Part shown: one piece after another, positions 51,621-62,182 of the stretch
How positions within the stretch are numbered: position 1 is the first letter of the stretch
Layout: each line of letters opens with the position of its first letter
Program-made: the position numbers and the translations under genes
The notes under the pieces: generated by a model
Databases searched by the model: none
What the model saw: only the letters and a program-made list of their open reading frames with translations
What the model was told of the DNA's origin: nothing
Assembly (NCBI GenBank): GCA_000165345.1
Contig: CM000429.1
Coordinates: forward strand, 160,001 to 224,000
DNA: 64,000 bases
Direction: 5' to 3'

Positions 51621-53423
51621 CTATCTATTTTGAGTATTCATATTTTGTTCATTATATATGTTATTACCACCATTATTTAGAATTTGTCCTCTTTGAACTA
51701 AAGAGTTTCTTACTGCTTGCTTATTCATTTTTTCATTACCAACATGAGATTTATTAAAGTAAGCTGTTCCAATTGGATTTTTCCAAGTACAATACGTATA
51801 GAATGTATTTAAGCTTGGGAAACAACTTGATGATATTCTTGAAGTTGGGGCAATATTATAATTAAAATGATGATTTATATTCATTTGATTTGAACAGCAT
51901 TTACAACTCGGAAGATATGTATTGGCTTCTTCTGATTCGTGCTGAACTGGAATATTTTCATCAAGAATTTTAATTAACTGCAATTTAGTTGTACATTTCC
52001 AAGAATTATCTATTGTTATTGGTTGGTAATTTGTAAAAAAGTGATGAGATAAAGATTCTTGGGCAGAAATTCTTTTTGAGGGACTTTTTTCTAACAATCT
52101 CCTTAATAAATCAATTACATCTTCAACCCAATTAACATCTCCAAAAGTATAATGAGTTGAAATATGCTCATTAATTTTTTTTTCAATATTTGAAAAATCA
52201 AATCGAAGTATCTTTTCATTTGCATTGCAGTGGATTTGATGATTGCATTCAATCAATCTTTGACCTGTAATTAATTCATATAAAATAGTTCCAATAGACC
52301 ACATATCAACCTTTTCATCATAGTCATTATTTAAATATACTTCAGGAGCTGTAGCAAAGCATGTACAACAATGTCCTTTGAGTCTTCCACCAATTGACAT
52401 TCCTGAGTTTCCCAAATCACATATTTTCATTTGAGAGTTACAAGTATTAATATCTCGTACAACATCAGTTAACATCAAGTTTGCTGTCTTTAAATCTCTA
52501 TGAACAACTCCTTTTGAATGCATTTGACTTATTCCAACCAATAAAGTATACATTAGATTTCTCACAGAGTTTATTGGAAGACCGTTTTTGTATTTAAATC
52601 TTAAAAGCTGACGTATTGTTCCTCCATGAAATAGTTCCATAATCAAATACTCTCTATTGTCGGTTCTGTTTTGGAACCAATCCAATTTTTTTACAACATA
52701 ATCACTTTTGCATTTCTCCAAATAATCTGCTTCCCTAGAAAGTGAACCTGACATTTCTGATTTAACAGCAACAAATTCAAAAGTTTCTCTGTTTAAGCCT
52801 AAAAATACTTCTCCATTACCTCCCTTTCCAAGTGAAGCTTCAGTAAAAACCAAATAGCTTTTTCCCATATCCTCTTGGAGCTTTTTTTCGGTTGTATCTT
52901 TATATTTAGTTTTTGAGTTAGATATTTCATCTATTAACATTTTATGAGAATTTTCCTTGGAATTAATTTTATAAGCTTGGATTTCAGTATTGAACATAAT
53001 CTTTGAACCAATCAAATCGGAAACATCCTGGGTTTTCAATACAAATGCAATATTACACTCATTTGGTTGAGATGTCATTACTCTTAATTTAGTACCAGAA
53101 GAAACCACAATAATATCTGGAAATAGTGGGATTGGTAAATAAGATCCTGTAACACAATCTTTGTAGAAGTATTTACATGACTCTGCTTGATTGTTGTCTC
53201 CTTTTCTTGTTAGCCTAAATTCACGATCCTCATTCTTAATCCATAGGTCAAAACTTGTTGTAATGCAAGCTGGTGGATCCGGATATGAAATATCAACGTC
53301 TGTGATTCCATCTTCAGGACCTATTCTGTATCTCACGTTTGCCCTCAGAGTGTGGACTTGTACAATTGGAGAGACTTGAAGTAGGAAATAAATGTTTTCT
53401 AAATTATTCAAAATTGAAACCAT
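51621..53423 (-). CDS. Serine/threonine protein kinase of 600 aa with an N-terminal non-kinase domain and an Asn/Gln-rich C-terminus.
   Basis: ATG at 53423..53421 confirmed. The kinase subdomains are Gly-loop GKGGNGEV, VAVK, catalytic loop HRDLKTANLML, activation segment CDLGNSG...APE and DMWSIGTILYEL. The internal + strand ORF 53191..53379 is an artefact. Confidence 0.85.
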   Translation of the reverse strand: MVSILNNLENIYFLLQVSPIVQVHTLRANVRYRIGPEDGITDVDISYPDPPACITTSFDLWIKNEDREFRLTRKGDNNQAESCKYFYKDCVTGSYLPIPLFPDIIVVSSGTKLRVMTSQPNECNIAFVLKTQDVSDLIGSKIMFNTEIQAYKINSKENSHKMLIDEISNSKTKYKDTTEKKLQEDMGKSYLVFTEASLGKGGNGEVFLGLNRETFEFVAVKSEMSGSLSREADYLEKCKSDYVVKKLDWFQNRTDNREYLIMELFHGGTIRQLLRFKYKNGLPINSVRNLMYTLLVGISQMHSKGVVHRDLKTANLMLTDVVRDINTCNSQMKICDLGNSGMSIGGRLKGHCCTCFATAPEVYLNNDYDEKVDMWSIGTILYELITGQRLIECNHQIHCNANEKILRFDFSNIEKKINEHISTHYTFGDVNWVEDVIDLLRRLLEKSPSKRISAQESLSHHFFTNYQPITIDNSWKCTTKLQLIKILDENIPVQHESEEANTYLPSCKCCSNQMNINHHFNYNIAPTSRISSSCFPSLNTFYTYCTWKNPIGTAYFNKSHVGNEKMNKQAVRNSLVQRGQILNNGGNNIYNEQNMNTQNR

Positions 53424-54604
53424 GAGTTTTCTTCTTCAGTGGCTTGAAATATTAACACATCCCTACTAATTTGTCAAAGTAGACTCTGTTTTTTTTTTAA
53501 ATAGATTTAATAATTTTCTTTAATTGTTATTAAATTAATTAGTAAAATATTAGTTAATTATTGAATAAACAAATTCATATATAAATATATATATTTTGAT
53601 ACTTAATTTTTTTTTTCTCAATTTTTTAATTCTTTCTGCAAATTATTATTTCAAGATGAAAGCACTTTATAATTGAATAAAAGACAAACTCTAATTATTT
53701 TTTTTTTCTTCTCTTGTGAGAAAATTGAGCAGTCTTTTATGCTGTCCTTTTCCCTAATACTCTCAAAATCCCATTATTTTCTTCTTTATTAATAAAATTC
53801 ATATATTACATATATACCCATGCACGTATTTAAATATAGTCAATTTTTTTTTTAAAAATTTGCAACAAGACTGCACACAACACGTGTCATTTTGCATGTA
53901 CAAAATTGCAATACCGGCGTGGCAGCAGTTCCACATGAAAATACACCGGTACTAAAACACTTGCATAAATTTTTGTCCACATGACATTGGAATTATAAAA
54001 AAAATGACAACGGATGAGATACAAAATTTGAATATTTTACTTTAAATAATTGACAAAATAATGAGTTTTTAATACGAAAACAAGATATGAATTTAATGCA
54101 AACATATAAATGTATATATTTTTAAAATTATTCTCTCGATAATTGGGGACTTTTATATTAGTCTAACCATTTTCAAAAGGAGCGCATGCAGGTTATCCAC
54201 ATGCACATGCACTTTGGCAAACATTTTTTTAGCAATAAATTACCGGCATGATAATACAGATTTTAAGTCTTAACTAGAAATTGAGGATTTTTTTTTAATT
54301 AAAAATTAAGATGCTAGTTATTTTAAAAAGATTTAATCTATAAAAAAAAATTGACTTTTTATTCCAAATTAATATTTTAATGAGGGGACAAGGTAGAAAT
54401 ATATTTGTGGGGAGCTTGGTGGGGCAATGCAAAAACAATAGATTTAATTAGGCGGAAACAGAATAAAAAAAAAAAAAATTAAGATCACCAAGAGAAAAAA
54501 GACCAAGTTTGAATAGGTAACAAGAATCAATTAGCTAAATATCGAGAATTTAAGTTCGACCCAGTATTGCCAAATTTTCTATAAAATAGTGAAATGTTGG
54601 CCTG

Positions 54605-56899
54605 ATGGAACTGAGTAAAAGGTCGAACTGTTATGAAGCAGAATACACTGCTAACGAGTTAGCAATAGCAGCTCAAAGAAGAGATAAAAACACACTACAT
54701 AATATTATTCAACAATTAATAGAAACAGGGAATACTGGCATTTTGAATGAATCAAATGCGCTCCACTGGTCTGTATATTATAGATGGGATGATGTTTCCA
54801 TTCACTTATTGAGCTTAGGTTGTGATCCATTTATGGGAGATATTAATGGAGATACAACTGTGCATTACTGTATTAAATCTGGAAACTTTTCCATGCTAAA
54901 GTATTTATATGAAAAACATGGGAACAAAATTTTTTATGTTAAAAATAGGAACCAGTTTGGATTAATGCTCACTGCTGCATCAGAAGTGGCCGAAGGTAGA
55001 GTTCAAGACTTACTGAGAGTAATGGAATGGCTTTATCTTCAAGGATATTCTCTAGAAGAGCAGGATATTTTAGGACAAACTCCTATATTCTGGGCAACTA
55101 AAAGAGGAAATTACGGTATTATTCAGTGGCTAATAAGTCATGGAGCAAACATAGGACATAGAGATCATAAAGGGAATACATTGCTACATGCTGCGTGTTC
55201 AGGAGATGTTGATGATGAAACAGTTAGCTTTTTGTGCGATTTAGGTCTAATTCATCTAATATCCCATTCAAATTACGAAAATCCGGCTGTTGGCAATACT
55301 GCTTTCCAGATTTGCTGGACTAGGAAAAATTATTGGTTGGCATTAATGCTTAATTTTTGGTATTATCATAATAAATTATTTGGAAGGATTTCCCTACTTA
55401 GAAACCCATATGCTGTATACTACTGGTTTATTTCTATTCTGAATTTATTGGTAGTTTTTATTATGGTCAGCACCCTCAAATCATATAGAGAATACTTGGA
55501 TGGAATTTACCTGGGTTATTTCTATACTTGGATGATTTTATTTGCAGCAGCTCAACTATTTTGGGTGTTATCAAATATTGGAAATGATAATTATGTTAAA
55601 CATCCGATCTATCAAAAAATAATCCCCAAACTTCCACGCGATAAATTACTTTTATTAGAGTCACATGGACTTTACTTACCTTTGCTAACTCCACAAGCTA
55701 ATAAGCTGGGAAAGAATTCCAGTATTTATCAGTTAATGCTTAAGGAAAATGAACAGATTCAGCTTAATAATCAACTTATTGACATGAACAAACTCTTATT
55801 TAATGGCGATCATTTTAACATTAGCAAGTATAGAGAAAAATATAATAATCACATTAGTAGACAAATTGAACTTTCCAATGAAATTATTGGGCTGATGCCT
55901 TTTGTTGCAAAGGAAAGGCAATCTAATAATTCAAAGATTTATATTGATATTGTTGAAGGAAAACCAATAAATTCGACTGCTCCAGTTTTACCAAAAATAT
56001 GTGTTACTTGCAGAACAGAAAGGCCATTTAGAGGACATCATTGTTCAGATTGCGGATATTGTATACAAAGATTTGACCATCATTGCGTATGGATTGATTC
56101 TTGTGTTGGCTATGGGAATCAAAGAGCATTCTTCTTCTTCCTAAAGTTTCTCACAATCTCATTCTTCCTCTACTACTACTTGTTCCAACAATATTGCTCT
56201 TTCAGATTCAAGTTTTCAGCATCTCTCAAGAAGATTTCATCCACTGATTCGAATAATAACTGGTTTACAATGCAGACTGGAGATCTTTTCCTTGGAGTTG
56301 GTGACACTGAGGGTATTTATTTCCACGAAAAAGCCTATTATTTCATGACATCTGATCCTTGGTTCGCTTTAATAATGTTCAACAGCATTATGAATATCCC
56401 ATGGATGATTTTCGTATTGTATCTATTTATCAGACATGTTAAATCAATCATGTCTAACGTGACATTTTATGAGTATTATAAGAAACCTGAAGCAATTAAG
56501 AAGAGATTTGCTGGACGTAATACAGAAGGATTTTGTTATGACATGCAGGGGAGGACATTTTCCACTTGTATTCGAAGTGCTTTTGCTTACTTTACCAAGA
56601 ATAACTCCTGGGATAATTTGGATTTCTTTACTCATATTAGAGAGCCTGAAAAGATTCTTGGTAATACTACAATGCCTATTCATATTGAAAGCAACGCTCC
56701 ATATCAGAGTTTATCTCAAGTTCCTCCAAGTAATGATATTACGTTTATTAACGAGAATGGAGATCCTATACCAAATATATTTCCTTCTCACGTTTCCACA
56801 AGCCACCCATACTATCATTCCCAATTTAACTTCCCATCAAACTCATCATCAACTTTTTATCAAGTTAATCCATATGCTGGCAACCATATGTATAATTAA
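54605..56899 (+). CDS. Ankyrin-repeat DHHC-type palmitoyltransferase (Akr1/zDHHC17-like) of 764 aa.
   Basis: ATG at 54605 confirmed. N-terminal ankyrin repeats are present (GDTTVHYCIKSGNFSMLKYLYEKHG, GQTPIFWATKRGNYGIIQWLISHGANIGHRDHKGNTLLHAA). Multiple TM helices and the DHHC cysteine-rich domain CVTCRTERPFRGHHCSDCGYCIQRFDHHCVWIDSCVGYGN follow. Confidence 0.9.
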   Translation: MELSKRSNCYEAEYTANELAIAAQRRDKNTLHNIIQQLIETGNTGILNESNALHWSVYYRWDDVSIHLLSLGCDPFMGDINGDTTVHYCIKSGNFSMLKYLYEKHGNKIFYVKNRNQFGLMLTAASEVAEGRVQDLLRVMEWLYLQGYSLEEQDILGQTPIFWATKRGNYGIIQWLISHGANIGHRDHKGNTLLHAACSGDVDDETVSFLCDLGLIHLISHSNYENPAVGNTAFQICWTRKNYWLALMLNFWYYHNKLFGRISLLRNPYAVYYWFISILNLLVVFIMVSTLKSYREYLDGIYLGYFYTWMILFAAAQLFWVLSNIGNDNYVKHPIYQKIIPKLPRDKLLLLESHGLYLPLLTPQANKLGKNSSIYQLMLKENEQIQLNNQLIDMNKLLFNGDHFNISKYREKYNNHISRQIELSNEIIGLMPFVAKERQSNNSKIYIDIVEGKPINSTAPVLPKICVTCRTERPFRGHHCSDCGYCIQRFDHHCVWIDSCVGYGNQRAFFFFLKFLTISFFLYYYLFQQYCSFRFKFSASLKKISSTDSNNNWFTMQTGDLFLGVGDTEGIYFHEKAYYFMTSDPWFALIMFNSIMNIPWMIFVLYLFIRHVKSIMSNVTFYEYYKKPEAIKKRFAGRNTEGFCYDMQGRTFSTCIRSAFAYFTKNNSWDNLDFFTHIREPEKILGNTTMPIHIESNAPYQSLSQVPPSNDITFINENGDPIPNIFPSHVSTSHPYYHSQFNFPSNSSSTFYQVNPYAGNHMYN

Positions 56900-57079
56900 A
56901 CAAAAAATCTCAATTACTAAAATTCAACTTGGATATAAGACAGGTAAATCTTAATATTGTTTTCACCTTCTAAATTCCAGCATTCAATAATCTCGTCAAT
57001 TTATTCTGAATTCAAATATTCACATTTTTTTTGCATGCTTTCTATAATTTAATTCCGGTTGCCTTGCAAAGTTCCAAAG

Positions 57080-57093
57080 TTTTGGCGGGATAT
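57080..57093 (+). promoter_or_regulatory. E2F-like box TTTTGGCGGGATA upstream of the helicase gene, with a GCATGC motif at 57040.
   Basis: Motif match located about 140 nt upstream of the ATG at 57234. Confidence 0.5.
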
Positions 57094-57233
57094 TCAAAGT
57101 CAATTTTTACAAGTGAAATTAGTTCTACGAGGAGAAAATATAAATACTATTAAGGAAAAATATTACTCTGAAATAAAGGATCACTGTTGAGCACTGAGAT
57201 ATGAAAGTGGAGAGTTAGGGGACTAAGGCTAAG

Positions 57234-60218
57234 ATGACAAAAAAGAGACAGGCTAGTCAATCGAATAATGAAGCCAAATTAGTAGAAAGTGATACGGATT
57301 TGGGGTCAATATACTCAATTAGCAATTTCGACAGTATTCTATTGGCTTGGGATTTTTTTAAAGATATTAAGGAGGAAGTTTTTGGGGTGGAAAGGCCAGA
57401 TGTCGTTAATTCATTTGATATTTCTGGAGAAACTTGTCAAGTTAGAGATAACCCAACAAGATTTGCTACTTCCAAGGAGTATTTGGATTATTTTTTCCCA
57501 CTCTTTTTGTTGGAATGCCAACAATCTATTCAGAGAGCTAAACAAATAGAGATGAGTGACTTTGACACTTTTTCACTCAAGGATATTAGAGCTAATAATT
57601 CAAATAAATTGGAAGAGTCGAACTTTCTAACCTTGGTATTTGAAAGAAGGAGGGCTGATGAATTAATATACTTTTCTCCACAAGATTTAGTACTGATCAT
57701 ATTTGACCCTGAGTTTAAGTCGGAGGAATTTGATGATAATTTAAAGCACGTAATAGGGGTAGTTCAAGGTTCAAATTCAAATGGGAGAGTGACTATCACA
57801 GTCTTAAATCCTAATTATTATGTTGATGATAAAACAATGAAAAGAAAGATAGCATCTTTTACTAGTCAAGATCGGTTGGTTTCGAGAATGAAATCTTTCA
57901 GTGATTCATTGGGAAATAAGGAGTTTGGACAAGATACTTCCAATGCTTTGTCACAAAGCTCCTCTCAAGCTTGGTATTTATCAAGAATAACCTCATTTTC
58001 GACCAACTATAGGGAGCTTAGCGGCTTATTTTCACTTCCGGATCTTTTATTAAAAGATGAACTTTTGTGCAGAGGCCTAACTTGTGAGCACACTATGAAA
58101 ATTCCCACTTTATTGCAGGAAAAGTTGAAAGAAAAATATAATCCTTCTCAAATGAGCGCATTAAGCGAGTGTCTTAAATATAGTGGAATAAGCCTTATTC
58201 AAGGCCCACCTGGGACTGGTAAAACTACCACAATTATTGGAATCATTAGCGCCCTCTTGTCATCAACATTTGAAGTTAAGAATGCTTCAGAAGACAGTAG
58301 CGATGAAGAGAATATTGAAACTAAGAAAAGGAAATCTAATGAAGAAAATATCTCAGAAATGTATGCACCAATTCTTAGAGCTAAACCCTGGTGTTACGAT
58401 CCAGACTACGTACCTTGGTATGACTCAGAAATGAAAAATCTCAGGATTTTCAGGCATAACAAAGTTGAAATTAAAAAAGTAACTTTGGACACAAGTAGTA
58501 GAAAAATGGGGCCTCGAAAATTACTTGTTTGCGCTCCTTCTAATGCTGCTATTGACGCCATTGTTAGAAAACTAGTCAGGAACCCTATAACTGGAGAAGG
58601 TGGTATATTAGACAATACCGGTGAATATTATTCCCCCACATTAGTTAGGGCGGGACCAAATTTTCACCCAGATTTGCATGACTTAAGTTTAGAGTACAAG
58701 TTACAACAAAGACTACAAAGAAATGGATTTGATGCAAAGAATTGTAAACAAGAAATACGTCAGCAAACTCAGTGGAAGATTTTACAAGAGTCACAAATTG
58801 TTTGTGCAACTCTCTCAGTATGTGGGAGCAAGGAGCTAATTTCAATACTAAGTCAGAATGGCAGAATGCAGGCCGCGGGAAGTGGTGACAGGACCGCATT
58901 GTCATTTGATACTGTTATAATTGATGAAGCTTCTCAAGGCGTTGAGTTATCTACTTTGATTCCATTGAAGCTTGGATGTAAGAGGCTGATTTTAGTTGGG
59001 GATCCAAAACAGCTTCCAGCAACAGTACTTTCGAGACGAGCAATAGAACGAAAATATGACATTTCTCTTTTCCAGAGACTTCAAATGAGTGGACAACAGG
59101 TAGTAATGTTGAGTGTTCAGTATAGAATGCACCCACAGATTTCTGCTTTCCCCTCGAAGCATTTTTACGACGGAGAATTACATGATTATAAGGATATACT
59201 CAAAACAAGAGCTCCTGTTGTAACTTGGCAAGATATCCCAATTTTTAAACCTTTCACTTTCTTTTCAGTGAATTCAGAAGAGGAGCAGGGAAAATCGATT
59301 TCAAATCTACTAGAAGCAGACTTTGTTTGCCAAATTTTGGAGCTTCTAGGGCTTATTCTTTATGAACATCAAAAGAAATTAACAGAAAATACAGACTTGG
59401 GAGAACCCAGTAAAAGATGGTATGAAAGGATTGCAGTCATTTCTCCATATAATGAACAAGTTAAAATTATAAGGAAGAAAATCAAAGAGAAGTTTGGACT
59501 AAGTCCTGAAACTATTTGTCCTATTGATGTTTCAACTGTTGATGGTTTTCAAGGTCAAGAAAAAGATTTTATAATATTTTCAGTTGTAAGATCTCAGTAT
59601 ATAGAAGAAGATTCTCTGAATAACGCTGATAATAGGAAGACAAATGCAGGGTTTATTGCAGACAGGAGGCGTATAAATGTTGCTTTAACAAGAGCAAAAT
59701 ATAACTTATGGATTGTAGGTAATAGTAGATATCTTCTTGGAAATCCAGAATGGCGTAGTCTTTGGGATTATTCTTGTAAGAACAATTCTCAATTTTCTGT
59801 TGACTTTAAGAGGATTGGTTCAACAGAAAATTATTTGAAACTTTGGTTATATGGGTTTCTACAACGTAAGGAATCTTGTAGAAATGCTCTTCGACAAGAG
59901 GTTCCTGAATTTGTTCAAAATCTTACATTGGATTGTTCAGTACTTGAGAAGAATAAGGATACTTTAAATTCAGTCACGGAAATTAAGGCAAAAGTGGATT
60001 CATCATTCTTTGTTGACCTTAAAGAAGATAGCCAAGGCTATGAATCCAAGAATAAAAGAGGTTCTAAAGTTTTCCAGACTGAATCAAAGCCTATTGAAAT
60101 TGAGGAAAACGGAGTAATTCGTAAATTCAGAAATCTAGACCTTGATCTTTTCTGTGATATTAATGAGTATGAATCCAGTAAAAATAAAGATCTTGAGTCA
60201 GAAAATGCTGCTGAGTAA
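57234..60218 (+). CDS. Superfamily-1 Upf1-like helicase (Sen1/senataxin-like) of 994 aa.
   Basis: ATG at 57234 confirmed. SF1 motifs are present: I GPPGTGKTTTIIG, II VIIDEASQ, III GDPKQLPATV, V VDGFQGQEKDFIIFSVVRS and VI RRINVALTRAKYNLWIVGN. The protein has the AAA_11/AAA_12 architecture with an N-terminal accessory region. Confidence 0.88.
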   Translation: MTKKRQASQSNNEAKLVESDTDLGSIYSISNFDSILLAWDFFKDIKEEVFGVERPDVVNSFDISGETCQVRDNPTRFATSKEYLDYFFPLFLLECQQSIQRAKQIEMSDFDTFSLKDIRANNSNKLEESNFLTLVFERRRADELIYFSPQDLVLIIFDPEFKSEEFDDNLKHVIGVVQGSNSNGRVTITVLNPNYYVDDKTMKRKIASFTSQDRLVSRMKSFSDSLGNKEFGQDTSNALSQSSSQAWYLSRITSFSTNYRELSGLFSLPDLLLKDELLCRGLTCEHTMKIPTLLQEKLKEKYNPSQMSALSECLKYSGISLIQGPPGTGKTTTIIGIISALLSSTFEVKNASEDSSDEENIETKKRKSNEENISEMYAPILRAKPWCYDPDYVPWYDSEMKNLRIFRHNKVEIKKVTLDTSSRKMGPRKLLVCAPSNAAIDAIVRKLVRNPITGEGGILDNTGEYYSPTLVRAGPNFHPDLHDLSLEYKLQQRLQRNGFDAKNCKQEIRQQTQWKILQESQIVCATLSVCGSKELISILSQNGRMQAAGSGDRTALSFDTVIIDEASQGVELSTLIPLKLGCKRLILVGDPKQLPATVLSRRAIERKYDISLFQRLQMSGQQVVMLSVQYRMHPQISAFPSKHFYDGELHDYKDILKTRAPVVTWQDIPIFKPFTFFSVNSEEEQGKSISNLLEADFVCQILELLGLILYEHQKKLTENTDLGEPSKRWYERIAVISPYNEQVKIIRKKIKEKFGLSPETICPIDVSTVDGFQGQEKDFIIFSVVRSQYIEEDSLNNADNRKTNAGFIADRRRINVALTRAKYNLWIVGNSRYLLGNPEWRSLWDYSCKNNSQFSVDFKRIGSTENYLKLWLYGFLQRKESCRNALRQEVPEFVQNLTLDCSVLEKNKDTLNSVTEIKAKVDSSFFVDLKEDSQGYESKNKRGSKVFQTESKPIEIEENGVIRKFRNLDLDLFCDINEYESSKNKDLESENAAE

Positions 60219-60544
60219 CTCAGTTGCTTTGTAATTAGATTCTCCATTATTTACTATATACCAATCTCTTCTTTGATTTAAATAACGCAAATAATATAAT
60301 TCTAATTTAGTTTTTATATTAAATTCTATTATACTAGTTTTAGTTATTGCAATTTTTCTTATCCACTTTTTTTCTCATTTCAATTTTCTCCTATACCGGT
60401 ATTTCCATATATTCATATTGTAATCACATGCTTATGTGGACAAATTAATTATTAACATTTTCCGCATGCAAATACCGGTCAACCATAATTTATGGGAATG
60501 TTATGAAAAGGAAAAAAGTTTTTTTTTTATTATTAAATGTAAAG

Positions 60545-61453
60545 TTAGTCATCATCTGGAAGTCCAAAGTTATTATTGATTTCTTTTTCAGAAATTCCAG
60601 GCATTTTTTTTTTGATCCATTGTCTTAGACTACAGACATTATCTTCCCAAATAGATAATTCTTGGTTAGTATTTGATAAATTTTCATTCAGGATTTTAGG
60701 ATTATCTTTGATTATAATGTTGATATTATCTAACCTAATAACAAGTTCTTTCTGTTCTTTCAGAATTTGATCTAATTCTTGACTTTTTTTTTCTCTGATT
60801 TGATGCTCAGGAGAATCAGTTTCTTTAGAATCTTTGATCATTTTTTCAAGTGATTTAATTTGTTCTTTGGAATCTTGGATTGAATTTCTGTTTCAATATA
60901 ATAAGATAAAATTCAAGTATAAGTGAGTTATATATGTTTAATAACGTAAGTATACAATGATAAAAATATTAATAAGAATTTGAGATATTCTAATTTTTGT
61001 GATTAAACTTACTTTAAATATTCCAACCTGTTTTCTTTGCTAAATTTAGCAGCACTAGGAAGAGCCCAAAAAATATTAAGAGATCCAATTTTGTCACTTA
61101 CAACCAAAGAATCGTCTACAAGACTTTGCAAAACGTCTTTGACAGTTTGTTCAATTATTCCACATTTCTTTCCTAATTTTTCTATTTCTTTTAAATTAAA
61201 ACATTCTTTCTATAATGAAATTATTAAAGGAAATAAATATTTGTAATTCAAAAATTATATTCACTTTTTATTGCTTTTCTCAATAATTTTCAAACTGATA
61301 AAACTTACTTTTTCGTATAGAGAGTTCAATAATCTAATGAATTGTTCGGAAAATAGAAATTTTAGTTACATAATTTTTACAAATTCTTTCATTTAAACAA
61401 TCATAAGCTTACCTTGAACGTTTCTCTTCCATAGAAACTCCTCTTTTAGACAT
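60545..61453 (-). CDS. MND1: Meiotic nuclear division protein 1 (Mnd1), about 201 aa, modelled as four exons: complement(join(60545..60887,61013..61209,61309..61333,61413..61453)).
   Basis: ATG at 61453..61451. The donors are CAAG|GTAAGC, AAAAA|GTAAGT and TTTAAA|GTAAGT. The acceptors are cattag|, cattatag| and ttgaaacag|. The introns are 79, 99 and 125 nt. The spliced protein reads [74 protein letters not shown]...KKKMPGISEKEINNNFGLPDDD. This aligns along its length with metazoan/fungal Mnd1 ([76 protein letters not shown]...RKFGFEENKIDRTFGIPEDF). The ORF track shows only the last exon (60545..60841). Confidence 0.8.
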
Positions 61454-61560
61454 TTTTTTTTATTATAAATATCAATTCCAGTAATCTCCTTATAAACTCA
61501 ATAAATAAATTTTTATTTTTTTTTGAATATATTATAATTTATTCAACACAAATTCGGAAA

Positions 61561-61605
61561 AAAATGACGTAATATATTTGCATGCATGCAATTATACCGG
61601 TATGG
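61561..61605. promoter_or_regulatory. MND1 upstream cluster: CRE-like TGACGTAA at 61565-61572, TGCATGCATGCAATT at 61580-61594 and ATACCGGTATGG at 61594-61605.
   Basis: This lies 110-150 nt upstream of the MND1 ATG at 61453 on the minus strand. Confidence 0.45.
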
Positions 61606-61722
61606 TATTTTCATCATACATGCAGAGTTTAAGGTGGAGGCAAAGGGAAAAAAGAAAATAGTTGTAAAATATCAAATAAAATTAATATATACTTTTAAAG
61701 AAGAATTCTAAAGTTTTATTTA

Positions 61723-62182
61723 TTAGTTACTTTTATTAGCTTGCCTTTTTTCAAATTCTTGTAATTCGTGGTGCAGTTGTTTAATAAACTCATCATCCAC
61801 ATCCTCGTCATCCCAACCTAAAATAAAAAAAAAATAAATATATATAAATAAAATTTGTTCATGTTTATCATTAAAATGATAATTCAAATAAGGAGTAATC
61901 TTACCTGTTGCATCCCAGTTTTCATCCCATTCTCCAACATCAGGATCAATCTGGGTCTCAATATTGTCTAATTTGGGGTTAGTATAATTCTATAAGAACT
62001 TAATGGAGGACTATGAAAGATGATATGAATAATTCTTCCCTTATTATTTGATCATATATCTTTTTCCGTCCACAAATTAAAGAAAATTACTTACCTAAAT
62101 CATCGAACTCCTCAAGTTCATCATCTATTTCATCAATAAATGAGTTAATGTTATCATTTCCAGTTTCCTCATTGGATGCCAT
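61723..62182 (-). CDS. DSS1: 26S proteasome complex subunit DSS1/SEM1, 82 aa, modelled as three exons: complement(join(61723..61817,61905..61967,62095..62182)).
   Basis: ATG at 62182..62180. The donors are TTTAG|GTAAGT and ACAG|GTAAGA. The acceptors are aaattag| and ttttag|. The introns are 127 and 87 nt, and all junctions are phase 1. The spliced protein MASNEETGNDNINSFIDEIDDELEEFDDLDNIETQIDPDVGEWDENWDATGWDDEDVDDEFIKQLHHELQEFEKRQANKSN carries the two acidic tryptophan blocks of DSS1 (human ...[43 protein letters not shown]). The ORF track does not show this gene at all. Confidence 0.75.

Noticed and set aside
54540-54580. tRNA-like GTTCGACCC T-loop-like sequence (taagttcgacccagtattgcc).
   Set aside because: No complementary acceptor stem (GGCAATA) lies 60-70 nt upstream, and no D-arm or anticodon stem is arranged around it.
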